A stretch of 64,000 nt of DNA from Eledone cirrhosa (Eukaryota), in NCBI GenBank assembly GCA_964016885.1, contig OZ024746.1:42904001-42968000 (forward strand), written 5' to 3'. Below, piece by piece: positions 41,001 through 53,400 of this stretch. Both the position numbers and the translations under genes were made by a program. Within the stretch, counting starts at the first letter, position 1, and each line of letters opens with the position of its first letter. The notes beneath the pieces are model-generated. The model was not told the DNA's origin. It ran no database searches and was given only the letters and a program-made list of their open reading frames with translations.

Positions 41001-41101
41001 AATTGTTTCTACTTTAGGTACAAGGCCAGCAATTACCCAGTGCATTACTTGTACTTTATTTTATCGACCCCGTAAGGATGAAAGGCAAAGTCAACCTCGG
41101 C
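41001..41101 (-). mobile_element. SINE family A, 5'-truncated
   Basis: Contains only the 3' half, from gccgaggttgactttgcc to gtagaaacaatt. Confidence 0.85.
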
Positions 41102-41194
41102 TAAGAAAATAATGAAAAAGATGTATGTACTCCATTTCTTTATCATTACATTTCATTGTTATTTTTATATTGTATTGTATGGTGTTCTAACATA

Positions 41195-41380
41195 TAATTG
41201 TTTCTACTTTAGGCACAAGGCCAGCAATTACCCAGTGCGTTACTGGTACTTTATTTCATCGACCCCGTAAGGATGAAAGGCAAAGTCAACCTCGGCGGGA
41301 TTTGAACTCAGATCGTAAAGGGACATAACTATGCTGGAAAGCATAACGTCCGACCCTCTACCGATACTGCCAATCCGCCG
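41195..41380 (-). mobile_element. SINE family A, full length
   Basis: Reverse complement of the family A sequence. Confidence 0.9.
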
Positions 41381-41683
41381 ATCATATGTAAATCTCTTTA
41401 CATTATGTATTATATATTTTTACATATAAACATTATGTATAATGGACACACAGTAATGTATATTTATTATATGTGTAGTATTAGATTATATTACATTTTA
41501 CTATATAGTGTATTGTAATATAATATACTGTATTCCATTTACATTAAGTGAGATGTGCACACAGTAATGTCTATATACTATATATATAGCATTATACTAT
41601 ATGTATAGCATTATACTATATCACATATTATTTTGTATTATTTATATACACTTTACTTATTATTATTATTATTATGGATTAAT

Positions 41684-41871
41684 GGTGGTGGATTGGCAGT
41701 ATCGGTAGAGGGTCGGACGCCATGCTTTCCAGCATAGTTACGTCCCTTTACGATCTGAGTTCAAATCCCGCCGAGGTTGACTTTGCCTTTCATCCTTACG
41801 GGGTCGATAAAATAAAGTACCAGTAATGCACTCGGTAATTGCTGGCCTTGTGCCTAAAGTAAAAACAATTA
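41684..41871 (+). mobile_element. SINE family A, full length
   Basis: Family A sequence, flanked on both sides by tttatatacacttt...atggattaat, a possible long diverged target-site duplication. Confidence 0.9.
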
Positions 41872-43287
41872 TTTATATACACTTTTATATTAAATGGATT
41901 AATTTTTATTGAATTTTATTATTATACATGATATCTACATTGAAATATATATGCATATGCATTATGGGTGTAGTATATGTGCATACTGTATACTCTTTGC
42001 ATGCTGTCTTCAATATATGTAATACATATTTTGTATAGTATATTTTATGCTAATTTTATCAGTAAATAATTCACTGAATTGCTGGCCAGTTTTGTAAAAT
42101 GAAAACCATGGTACTTCTCTAAGAAAGTGTTACAACAGAAACAATGTTTATGTTATTTTTAACATTTGATACAGTTTCAACAATATATTGTCCACTTCAT
42201 CTTGGATTCAGCAAACCAAGCCCTTGTAACCATGGACATAAAATGATTTCAGACGGTCGATGGTGACATTTGCAGCACCATTAAATGCTATTAAAAAGAG
42301 AGTGGATAGGCAAGGCTGACACGCCGTTAAAAAATATAGATGGGTACAGATAAAGTGCTATTGGAAATAAGGGTACATTATCACAGCTGGAGTACCATTA
42401 AGAAAGAGGATGGAGAGCAATTTATGAAAAGACAAGCATTGCAAGAGAGAGAGGGGGAAAGGTTGGACACAAAGAATTTCACAAACATTATGTGTGCACA
42501 TATGCATGTATGTAGGAGATTGAGATTATCATCGTCTTTATTTAATATCCACTTTCCCTGCTAGGATGGGTCTTAAAAGACAGAATCTCTACTGACACAG
42601 CAACTGACTCTCCAGATAGGCTAGGGAGTTGAATCTTACTTACATACAGTTCTGTATTCTACCAAGTTCATTTTGTCAAGGCACCAGCATTATAGAGGTT
42701 GACATATTTTTGACACAGCTGAACAGTCCTCACAACCTTATGTTTGGCAAGTTTTCTACAACTGAATACCCTTCCTTATACAAATCACTTAACAGCATGT
42801 ACTGGGTGCTTTTATTGTGTAGATAACCATCACTTCCTTTTATATAATATAAAAATGATATAGGGACACAAGTGATGGGTAGCTGCTGAATATGTACACG
42901 TGTGTATGAGTTTATGTATATGTGTATGCCATAGATTATCAATGATGGTACATGATGTGTATATATATTTATGTATGTGTGTACATAATAAACATTCCTT
43001 TGCCACATTCATTATTTGAACTTATGACCTGGTCGGGGGCTGATGTATATGAATAAATTCAAAACTTTTCCTCTCTATTCAGTCTCATATATATATGTGT
43101 AGATAAATCTACCAAAAGTTTACGGTAGTGTCCAATCCGTATGAAGAACTCAATGTAATCCGGATATCATGAAAAGAGAAGATGCATTCAAAAACTACTT
43201 TCGGTGAAAAATAAACGGAAAACAGAGTCAAGATAAATTAATAAAATAATGAATAAACAAAGAAACAGTTCCTTATATTAAAAAAAT

Positions 43288-43429
43288 TCATCATTTTACG
43301 ATCGTTTCTAGGATATATATGTGTTAGAGTTGGTATGCATATTCTATAGATCTATGTACAATATTTATACAAACTATCAGAGGGAATATACATACCTACA
43401 CATATATATGCTGTCTTCAGAAATAATGA
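43288..43429 (-). ncRNA. Type I hammerhead ribozyme with extended stem II (inverted pLTR copy)
   Basis: Reverse complement of 45602-45743 with one substitution (CTGAAGAcagc versus CTGAAGAgagc). Confidence 0.7.
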
Positions 43430-43952
43430 TATTTGTTTATTGAAAAAAAACAAAGATTCAATACAATAGGTCTGTTTGGGAACAGGTTTTGAATTGACCA
43501 ATAGAGAGATAGTGAGGGTCAAGATAGTAATATAGTAGTAGAAGAACCTTAAATTATGGGTAGAGGAAGGTAGATTTCAGTTTTGGATGGAAAAGAATAT
43601 TATGAATGAAGGATTATTTTAGGGAAGAAATAGGTCTTATGCTGACCTCAGAAATAATTTTCTTTGTTCATTGAATAAAACCAACAAAGATCTAATATAT
43701 TCTGTCTGTTTGGTAAGAGGTTTAGAATTAACCAATAGAAAGTTAATAATTGGCCAAATAGTAAAATAGTAGTAATTGAAGCTTATTTTAGGGGTGAAAA
43801 TAAAGTGGTCAGTAAAAGGCACTTATATTTTGTTTTATGTTTTTGCTTGTTGAGTAGGAGAATTTAACCGTTGATCTATTTAAAATACCATCAAATTTTA
43901 AATAGATCAACGGTTAAATTCTCCTTATAATGCATATAAATGTAAAAAAACC

Positions 43953-44444
43953 ATGAGTATACCACCAGTACATCAAACTAACCATAATATCTCCTCAGAT
44001 ACAGGATTCACGAAAAATTGTAACTGTAGAAACAAGGCAAACTGTCCATTAAAAGGAAATTGCCTTGTTAATAACATAGTATATAAATGTAAAGTTAACA
44101 CTAAGGACTCAATTTATTCATATATAGGAGCTACTTCTAACAAATTTAAGGTAAGATTTAATACCCACAAACATAGTTTTAAAAATGCTGCACTAGCTAA
44201 TACAACATCTCTAGCTGAAATAATTAATAGTTATAGAAAGAGGAATATAGATTATGACCTGACCTGGAGTGTGCTCAAAAGGGCCACCCCTTATCAAAAT
44301 AGTAGATATGAATGTAGATTATGTTCCCAAGAACTTTTTGAAATAATGAAATCTAAGGATATCCTATTAAATAAGCGACAGGAATTAATAATATCGTGTA
44401 ATCATAAACTGAGAAAAACCTTTAAATATTATAAACCTAATTAA
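43953..44444 (+). CDS. Penelope-like element C-terminal GIY-YIG endonuclease domain (fragment of a truncated ORF)
   Basis: CNCRNKANCPLKGNC zinc knuckle, IVYKC...YIGAT (GIY-YIG), RFNTHKHSF, CRLCSQE and LLNKRQEL...CNH. The upstream linker motif ILNRSTVKFSYS is present at the inversion junction. Confidence 0.88.
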   Translation: MSIPPVHQTNHNISSDTGFTKNCNCRNKANCPLKGNCLVNNIVYKCKVNTKDSIYSYIGATSNKFKVRFNTHKHSFKNAALANTTSLAEIINSYRKRNIDYDLTWSVLKRATPYQNSRYECRLCSQELFEIMKSKDILLNKRQELIISCNHKLRKTFKYYKPN

Positions 44445-44649
44445 TATACACATTAGAAATTAATATATAAATTATTTTTAATTTAGTTAACCTATAATTA
44501 ATATTCTACTACTGATGAACTACATAATTCTGCTTTAAATATTATAAACCTAATTAATATACACTTTAGAAATTAATATATAAACTATTTTTAATTTAGT
44601 TAACCTATAATTAATATTCTACTACTGATGAACTACATAATTTTGCTTT
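44421..44649 (+). repeat. ~114-bp tandem duplication at the start of the PLE 3' region
   Basis: tttaaatattataaacctaattaatatacac...ctactactgatgaactacataatt(c/t)tgc occurs twice, head to tail. Confidence 0.9.
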
Positions 44650-45601
44650 CCTTCTTACAACTATCATTTCCTAAAACTGATACCATTAAGTAAACATATA
44701 TAATGCTTTAACTTCAGGTTATGACTCTATGTTCCTTGAAAACTATATATATTTATTATTTCTCACTAATAAATTTAATCCCCCCCCCCCAATAATTATA
44801 TGTATATGTAAGTGTGTATGTGTGTGTGTATATATATATGTATGTATGTATATATGCATGTATATTTATATATATATATATGTGTATATATATATATATG
44901 TGTGTGTGTATGTGTATATATATGTAAATATATATATATATATATATAAGTATATATATATATATTATTTTTATATTCTTTTAATTTCCCCTCATCTTTA
45001 ACAACACTTTTCAACTGCATCTAACTTTTATTTATCATATCTATATGTATTAGTGTAATTTTATCAATATAAATATACCAATCAATTAAATTAATTTATA
45101 TTCTTTTCATAGATGTATTTTTTTCACTAACATTCTTATCGTAAAACTTTAGTCACCTTAGATATTTGTATTGGCATTACTATTTTATAACAGCAACTGC
45201 TTGTATACCTTTTACTGACCACCTGACCTATTTTCACCCCTAAAATAAGCTTCAATTACTACTATTTTACTATTTGGCCAATTATTAACTTTCTATTGGT
45301 TAATTCTAAACCTCTTACCAAACAGACAGAATATATTAGATCTTTGTTGGTTTTATTCAATGAACAAATAAAATTATTTCTGAGGTCAGCATAAGACCTA
45401 TTTCTTCCCTAAAATAATCCTTCATTCATAATATTCTTCTCCATCCAAAACTGAAATCTACCTTCCTCTACCCATAATTTAAGGTTCTTCTACTACTATA
45501 TTACTATCTTGACCCTCACTATCTCTCTATTGGTCAATTCAAAACCTGTTCCCAAACAGACCTATTGTATTGAATCTTTGTTTTTTTTCAATAAACAAAT
45601 A

Positions 45602-45743
45602 TCATTATTTCTGAAGAGAGCATATATATGTGTAGGTATGTATATTCCCTCTGATAGTTTGTATAAATATTGTACATAGATCTATAGAATATGCATACCA
45701 ACTCTAACACATATATATCCTAGAAACGATCGTAAAATGATGA
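45602..45743 (+). ncRNA. Type I hammerhead ribozyme with extended stem II (3' pLTR)
   Basis: Stem I tcattattt/aaatgatga (9 bp, one G.U); CTGAAGA at 45611-45617; stem II includes atatatatgtgt/acacatatatat (12 bp) and ggtatgtatattc/gaatatgcatacc (13 bp); GAAA at 45723-45726; stem III c-[gatc]-g; cleavage triplet GTA. Confidence 0.72.
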
Positions 45744-45795
45744 ATTTTTTTAATATAAGGAACTGTTTCTTTGTTTATTCATTATTTTATTAATT

Positions 45796-45826
<31 letters not shown>

Positions 45827-45881
45827 TTTGTTATTTGAGGTCCCCACTAAACCTGAACTGCCCTGGGCCCCCCAGTATTGC

Positions 45882-46029
<148 letters not shown>

Positions 46030-46734
46030 ATGGAACTATCATTACATTACATATGCACTGGTGTTTACTTACTAATAAAAGAATTTGGGTGCACTCTGTT
46101 ATAAGTATGTAATTTTTACGTAGAAATCTTATAATATCGCTGAGTTAATACTGGGGCTGATATAGCGGGGTACTGAAAAGATCCGGGCTTAAGGGTATTA
46201 CAAAGGGGTAGAGCTGTTACTTTTACAGAGGAAGGAGGACTGCTGCAATCTGAGAGTAGAATATGTTGAATAATATCATAATTAATTGATCCTACAGTAT
46301 TTTCCTTTACCCAAAGCCATGAATCTTTTAGTATCCCTAAATATATATATATATATATATATAGGGGTACTATAGTTTATCATGCAAAGTGCATGATAAA
46401 CTGGATTTACAGTAATATGATTTAATATTTGGAGACAAACTGTATCAAGAAAATAATTTTTAATGTCACCCATGGTGAGCAACACAAAGACTGAATTATA
46501 GTTGTATATGACGTTAAGAATTGAATAATCAGTTTTTTTATGATCTGCGCCACCCAACTTATGAATTTGGTACAGGTAGAAATATTTAATGTTACTTTAC
46601 TATGTCTTTAAATTAAATTTTGTGATATAAATTTTATTTTCATTATATATTAAAAGTTCTTCTATAGTTAAAATTGTACCACAGTTAAAAATATTTTACA
46701 AAATAAAATTATTCTAAAATTATAGTATGAAAAG

Positions 46735-46861
46735 GAGATTTGATAAAAAGTAGCTCGAAGAAAGGTCCTTTCAATAAAAAGCAGTTTTGATGAAAATATA
46801 TTTGATAAAAAGTAATTTCAATAAAATGTTGTTTGATGAAAATTCCTTTGATGAAACGTCA

Positions 46862-46866
<5 letters not shown>
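46735..46866. repeat. ~15-bp period degenerate repeat (tttgatgaaaa...) ending in cactgta; probable DNA-transposon end
   Basis: About eight units of tt(t/c)(g/a)at(g/a)aaa, then gtcactg|TA and (TA)n. Confidence 0.5.
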
Positions 46867-46895
<29 letters not shown>

Positions 46896-47354
46896 GTGTG
46901 TGTGTGTGTATTTATTTTATTTTTCATTTCATAATTTTCATATTTTTGCATGAATAATACTTTTCCGATTGTAAGCATCATTGGCTGGTTGTTAAACGAA
47001 GCTACAGCCAAACATTTGAAGCCACTATCAACATTTTTCTTATATATATGTGTGTGTGTGGGCTGTGAGGCCTCATTAAACAGTACTCATATGTGGCAGA
47101 AAGGTGCCTGAGATAGCTGGTTTCTAACAGATAGCTGAAGTAAATGGCAGATGTTAAACCTCAGGTCAGGTCTGGTAGAATAGACCCAGTAAGAATTTAT
47201 TTTCAGAGTGTATTCAATATGTTCTTTTTCTTTTTTTTAAGATGATAAGGTGCGATTTGAAGAATACTTGGCTGATATTTCCAGCAGGGTGGACAATTGC
47301 ATCAACATGAGTGTTTGGTTGTTTTTTCAAGGTGAAAAGGTTATATATATATAT

Positions 47355-47571
47355 ATCATCATCATCATCACCGTTTTACGTCCGTTCTTCCACGCTAGCA
47401 TGGGTTAGACGGGTTGTCCTGTTGTGGGCAGTGTCTGGTCGGCTGACCATGCCTTGCTCATACAGGAACTGATCTGGCTTCATTTCTACAGCTGGATGCC
47501 CTTCCTAACACCAACCTCATTTACAGTGAGTGCTGGGTGCTTGTTCGTGGCGCCTACACGTCCACTTTACA
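47355..47571 (-). mobile_element. RTE 3'-end-only insertion within (TA)n
   Basis: Near-identical reverse complement of ~13775-13991, including the (GAT)n tail. TA repeats on both sides. Confidence 0.92.
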
Positions 47572-47839
47572 TATATATATATATATCGCACATATATATA
47601 TATATATATCGCACAGACTCAAATATACATCTTACATCTAGTAGGCACCTCTTAACCACTATACCCACCCACTACTGTCCACATCACCCTTACACAGTGA
47701 ACAAAACATATCAAGCCCACACTGTAAAGTGGTGCTTTTTGTCCAACATGACCAATTTACAGTGTTTGAGTGTGTGTGTATGTGTGTGTTTATATGCGAT
47801 ATATATGTATGTACACATACTCATATAATTATACAGAGA

Positions 47840-48008
47840 CTTATATATATATATCTCTCTCTATATATATATATATATATATCTATGTGTATATATATAT
47901 ATCATCATCATCATCATCATCATAGTTTAACGTCCATCTTCCATGCTTGCATGGGTTTGGACGGTGCATTGGTATATATATATATGTATTTATATATATG
48001 TATATATA

Positions 48009-48053
<45 letters not shown>

Positions 48054-48308
48054 ATATATATATGTGTGTGTATATATATATGTGTATATATGTGTATATA
48101 TATATATGTGTATATATATATGTATGTGTGTGTATATATATATGTGTATATATGTGTATCTTTCTCTCTCTTTGTATATATATATGTGTGTATATATATA
48201 TATATATGTGTATATATATATATATATTATATATTATATATATATATATATGTGTATATATATATATATATATATAATATATATATATATGTGTATATAT
48301 ATATATAT
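47840..48308. repeat. (TA)n/(TG)n compound microsatellite with a short RTE tail at 47901-47965
   Basis: Directly visible. catcatcat...tttaacgtccatcttccatgcttgcatgggtt is the reverse complement of an RTE 3' end. Confidence 0.9.
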
Positions 48309-48324
48309 GAAGTTTTTTGGTTGT

Positions 48325-48720
48325 CACTTCTCTGTTTTTAGCCTATGAAAATATATATATGCGTGTGTAAATAATTACATGCATACATTTATTTTTTTAA
48401 ATTAATCGAGTTCTTAACATGTGGAATTGATAATAGTTTTAAATAACTAATTAACCCGCGTGTATTAAATATTTTACTCTTAATTTGGCCAGAGATTTAC
48501 ATTCCCAATCGTCTTTAAAGCGTAACCTTCAGTATTTGCTGCGGTGATGTGATGCGGTTTGTTATTTTGGTATCACCTCTGTTTTTAGCCTAAGAAAATA
48601 TCTATATGCGTGTGTAATTAATACACGCATACATTTATTTTTTTAATTTCAATTGAGTTCTTAACACGTTGGATTGATAATGTTTTTGAAAAAACTAATT
48701 AACCCGAGTGTATATTATTT
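48325..48720. repeat. ~150-bp diverged direct repeat with ~247-bp period, part of an unclassified element extending to ~49200
   Basis: ctctgtttttagccta...gcgtgtgtaa...gagttcttaaca...ctaattaacccg occurs at ~48330 and at ~48577. Confidence 0.75.
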
Positions 48721-49194
48721 TTTTCTTTTCTCGTGTATAGTGGTTGTCTCCCTTTCCCGCTTCGTGACGCTATGAAACTTCCTCAGTCAAAAGACTGCTG
48801 GAATTTCAAATTTGGCGGTCATTCGATGCGTGAAGGCAGGATTTTTAACTCCGGTAAGAATTTTTTCTCATATCAAAGTTTAATGGGCTTCCACTGAAGA
48901 TTTATAAGTGCCCACCTAAATATATTCTTACATGAATATATGTTAGGCTTCTACATAAACTGGAAACATTCTCCCAATTTGTAGAAAACTTATAATGAAA
49001 CAATTGTTTGGAAAGAGAGATATATTTTAACTTTAATTATATCTCATAAAATAATACAACTGGCTTTCCACAAAATACATATAGTTAGCACTCCAAACAC
49101 TTAAATTGGGTTATACTAACATATAACCTAATGTTTGTTGAGTGAGATGGTTACCAGTCGGAGTTTAGCGTTAAGCTATCTCTGTTATTGTATT

Positions 49195-49253
49195 AAATAT
49201 ATATATATTATATATATTTATATATGTGTATATATATATATATTATATATATT

Positions 49254-49291
<38 letters not shown>

Positions 49292-49327
49292 ATATATATA
49301 TATATATATATATGTGTATATATATAT

Positions 49328-49358
<31 letters not shown>

Positions 49359-49825
49359 TATATATATATATATATATATGTGTATATATATATATTATAT
49401 ATATATATGTGTATATATATATATTATATATATATATGTGTATATATATATATTATATATATATATGTGTATATATATATATATTATATATATACATGTG
49501 TATATATATATATGTGTATATATATATATTATATATATATATATCATCATCATCATCATCATCACCATTTTACGTCCGTTCTTCCACGCTAGCATGGGTT
49601 AGACGGGTTGTCCTGTTGTGGGCAGTGTCTGGTCAGCTGACCATGCCTTGCTCATACAGGAACTGATTTGGCTTGATTTCTACAGCTGGATGCCCTTCCT
49701 AACACCAACCTCATTTACAGTGAGTGCTGGGTACTTTTTTCCGTGGCGCCTACACGTCCACTTTACAGTGTGGGCTGGGTGCTTTTTTTCCGTGGCACCT
49801 CCACGACCACCATATATTATATATA

Positions 49826-49867
<42 letters not shown>

Positions 49868-49894
49868 ATGTGTATATATATATTATATATATAT

Positions 49895-49926
<32 letters not shown>

Positions 49927-49977
49927 ATTATATATATATATTATATATATATATTATATATATATATATTATATATA

Positions 49978-50020
<43 letters not shown>

Positions 50021-50040
50021 ATGTAATAATATATATACAT
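49195..50040. repeat. (TA)n-derived compound microsatellite
   Basis: Directly visible; interrupted by the RTE tail at 49544-49811. Confidence 0.95.
49544..49811 (-). mobile_element. RTE 3'-end-only insertion within (TA)n
   Basis: Near-identical reverse complement of ~13735-13991. Confidence 0.92.
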
Positions 50041-50436
50041 AAATAAGCTCTGTAACCTACATAGAGCACTCTTTTTTCCTGGACTTTTCTGGCGGAATTA
50101 CTTCATATATATATATATATATAAAGAGTGAGAGAGATGCAGAGGGAGGAAAGAGAGAAAGATAAGTAGATATATTGAGAAGTTTACATACCACAGTGCA
50201 TAGAAATTAATTTTATATGATATGGAAACATATTCCTAGCCTTGCTCTAACATAAATTTAGAGTTAAATTCCATAGAGAATATTTGAAATCATGATTCTT
50301 CCCTAGCTTTACACATATACGTACTCTCCAGGCATTTATAACTCTAAAATCATTTTTAGAGTTATAATACATAATTAATTAATTTATATGTCCTGTGTGT
50401 GTTATGCAATCTTCCTCAACAGTGAAATCTACACAA

Positions 50437-50472
<36 letters not shown>

Positions 50473-53400
50473 CTCTAGTAGATTATGAATCATTTTGACT
50501 GAACGAAGATCCAACTAAATACCTTCCAGTTGTTAAACTCTTATTTTCTATCCTGTGTTTGTGAGTCTGGACTTATTTTAAATATGTCCTAACATTATTG
50601 ATACATAATTCTATCTCCCTCTTTCTCTCTCAATATATAATTAGTACCCACCAGCCTTTTCTTTGTATTAAAAAATGAATTTTAACAGCAAATGTTCATA
50701 GGCATGAATACTAGAAGCCTTTAGCTTATTTCCATCTAAGTGTCAAAGAGGAGTTAGCCATTCAGAAGATGGTTAACAAACCAGAAATGGCCATTAGCAT
50801 GCTCTCTCTAGGTTGCCTAACACCAGTGGTGAAATTCACCACTTCTAAAATTCTTAGCAAGGTTATAAAAATATCTGTTTACATGAACATTTGGTATTTG
50901 ATTCCATATACAACCCCAGTCATATATATTATGTGGTTTGCTTTGACAGGAGTCATGAGTACACGTTGGCATTCAGTTTTGGGTATTTGTTGAGGGCTTG
51001 TGGACTGACTGGAGCAATAATGGTCTTACTTACACACACACCCACACACAGACACACATATATATATTAAATGGTGTACTGAATACATTGCGCAATCATG
51101 GTGATAGTGTCGTTTCCACTCTGTATTACCTCTGCTCTTTAAAGATAATGTTGTCCAAGAGTGCAATTTGAAGGGAAATACTTTTCATAAATCATTTCTT
51201 AATGGTATTTAAATATTTTTCATGCAAAAATTATGATAAATTATGTGCTATTTTGATCCTTGACATTTAAAAAGGAATATTATAATGTGAAATAAATACT
51301 ATATTTGAAGCAGAGTTCCCCTTTAGTTAATTAGTTTATTTTAGAAGCTAAATTTATTATGAACAGACATAATTATTATTTTTTAATGATATTCTAGTTT
51401 AGAAATGAATAAGTTCTAATGAATGAATGTAGCTCACATTGGAATTCATTGAGCTGATAATAATTAGCAGAGTATTAAAGTGACAAACTGCCTTGTGGTA
51501 CTTAGTTGCATACCTTTATGTTCTGAGTTCAAATCATGCCAAGGATGACTTTGCCTTATAGCCATCTGAGGATTGTCAAGTACTGGGAGTAATCTAATTT
51601 TAAAGCCTTGTGCACATTTAGAAATCAGAATTATTTTCTTCTGTGAATCACAACTATTGTGAAATTATGGTAAGGTGCTGTTAAACAACATAGACAACAT
51701 GAGCTTAGATAAGTATAGTGATCGAGATATATAAACCAGACCAATAGGTTTGCATTATCCTGTCTGTATGCCAAACCGACTAATTCCTTTTCACAATTGA
51801 ATGTTTAATGGGAAAAAAAGATATCAAGCTATAACAAAATGAACTCAACAGAAACTTGGACACTAATACTATTATTAAAAAATTAATGATGAAGAGAAAA
51901 CTTATACAAAAACTCAGTTACTGATATTGAATGTAAATATTAACAAATATAAATAATTATATATGTGTGTGAGAGAGAGAGCGAGTATGTATATAGGTAG
52001 GTAGGTATGTGGGGCCAGAAAAAGCTGGGTAATGGTTCTTGTGTGCATATTAATATTTAGAATTAAAAATGTAGAAGAATGTGCATATTATACATGTAAA
52101 AATATGGTAAATGAAATTGTTACTTTCTTAAATTCACCAACAAACTTCATGTAATGAGATCATACAACCACATTAAGATAAAGTCAACAGCTTAGTAGAT
52201 ATTGTATCACCAGGCAAGATATCAACATATCATGTGCTGTCGAATTTCATATAGTTCTACGTAAATCATTATAATGTATCACATGTTTATCACATGTATA
52301 TAATTTATCATTCATGTGGAACTGGTGAGCATTTTGTGGACGTATCTTACCTGAGTTCAATTCACATAGCATAAACATCTACTAACAATAGATTACCATC
52401 TTATCTTGGAGTAATTCATAACTTCTCCACCAATCGCTATGGAAACATGTGATAAACAATAGCTCAAGCAATCTGTAAGCTTTAGAAAAATTTAAAGATA
52501 CAGCTGCACTACCAAGATATATTAGAATCATAATCACTTTCATCATCATGTTTCTCTGCATATTTATTCTTGGCTTTGTCTTTTTCCGCTGACTTTATTT
52601 GGTCATATTTTCTTTTATTCTATATTCAATGGGATCCAGTGATGTCTGGTATTTTGTATCTGATTTTATCTTATCCCTTTTTTGATCAGAGGTAAGAAAC
52701 TCTCAGGAGAGCTGGATAGTAGCGAGCCTTCAGAGAAGAGACCCCTTGAAGCAAGTGTTTCTGCCCTCTTTTGATCAGCCTATATAATCAATATCTTATA
52801 ATATGGAGTCATGATCCATTTTCACTAAAATGCCTCATCTTCCAATCACGAGTCAGAAACTGAGCTTCAATATAGTCAATGAACTTGCAAAATGGATACA
52901 TATACAGGATAAAGTACTCCTTCATATAATCTACCAGAAAAGATATGAATGCCTGTAAAAGTCTTATATTGTTATGTTAATTACTAACAGTAGAATTATG
53001 TGAGGTTACAGTAGTTCCATGCTCACCAATTAGAAAATGTAAATAAAAAGGACTTTGTTAGTTGACAAAGGTGAAATACATGTATGGTTAGATATTGACT
53101 TATTAAAATTATAGATTAAAACAATATTTACACTTCAAAGGGTGTTATAAACACATGTAGATGTATCATCAATAAGAATCATTCCTTGTATCATAGAGGA
53201 TAAGTATGTAGAAACCTATGATCAATTTCTTATCCAGTTCAAATGATATCTTAAATCAACAAAGCCAGATGGGAAGGATAAAATTGATTTATTTCTATTA
53301 AGTCTGGAAGATACAACAATAGAAATAGAGTGGTCTAAAATTACAAAAGATGAGACTGAAGATGGCATTACATACTATTTAAGAGAAAAAATGTCTTTAC

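Larger units (their letters stand above)
43097..45798 (+). mobile_element. 5'-truncated Penelope-like retroelement (Naiad-type) with inverted pseudo-LTRs
   Basis: A GIY-YIG ORF (43953-44444) lies between near-identical inverted repeats at 43233-43819 and 45208-45798, each carrying a hammerhead motif. Both outer ends abut (TA)n. Inverted pLTRs with hammerheads are established PLE features. Confidence 0.88.

Noticed and set aside
43953-44444. Selenocysteine recoding, reported for some Naiad elements
   Set aside because: The visible frame has no in-frame TGA; all conserved cysteines are TGT/TGC.
44510-44640. Two CTGATGA motifs in the PLE tandem duplication
   Set aside because: No downstream GAAA or stems, so they are not hammerheads.
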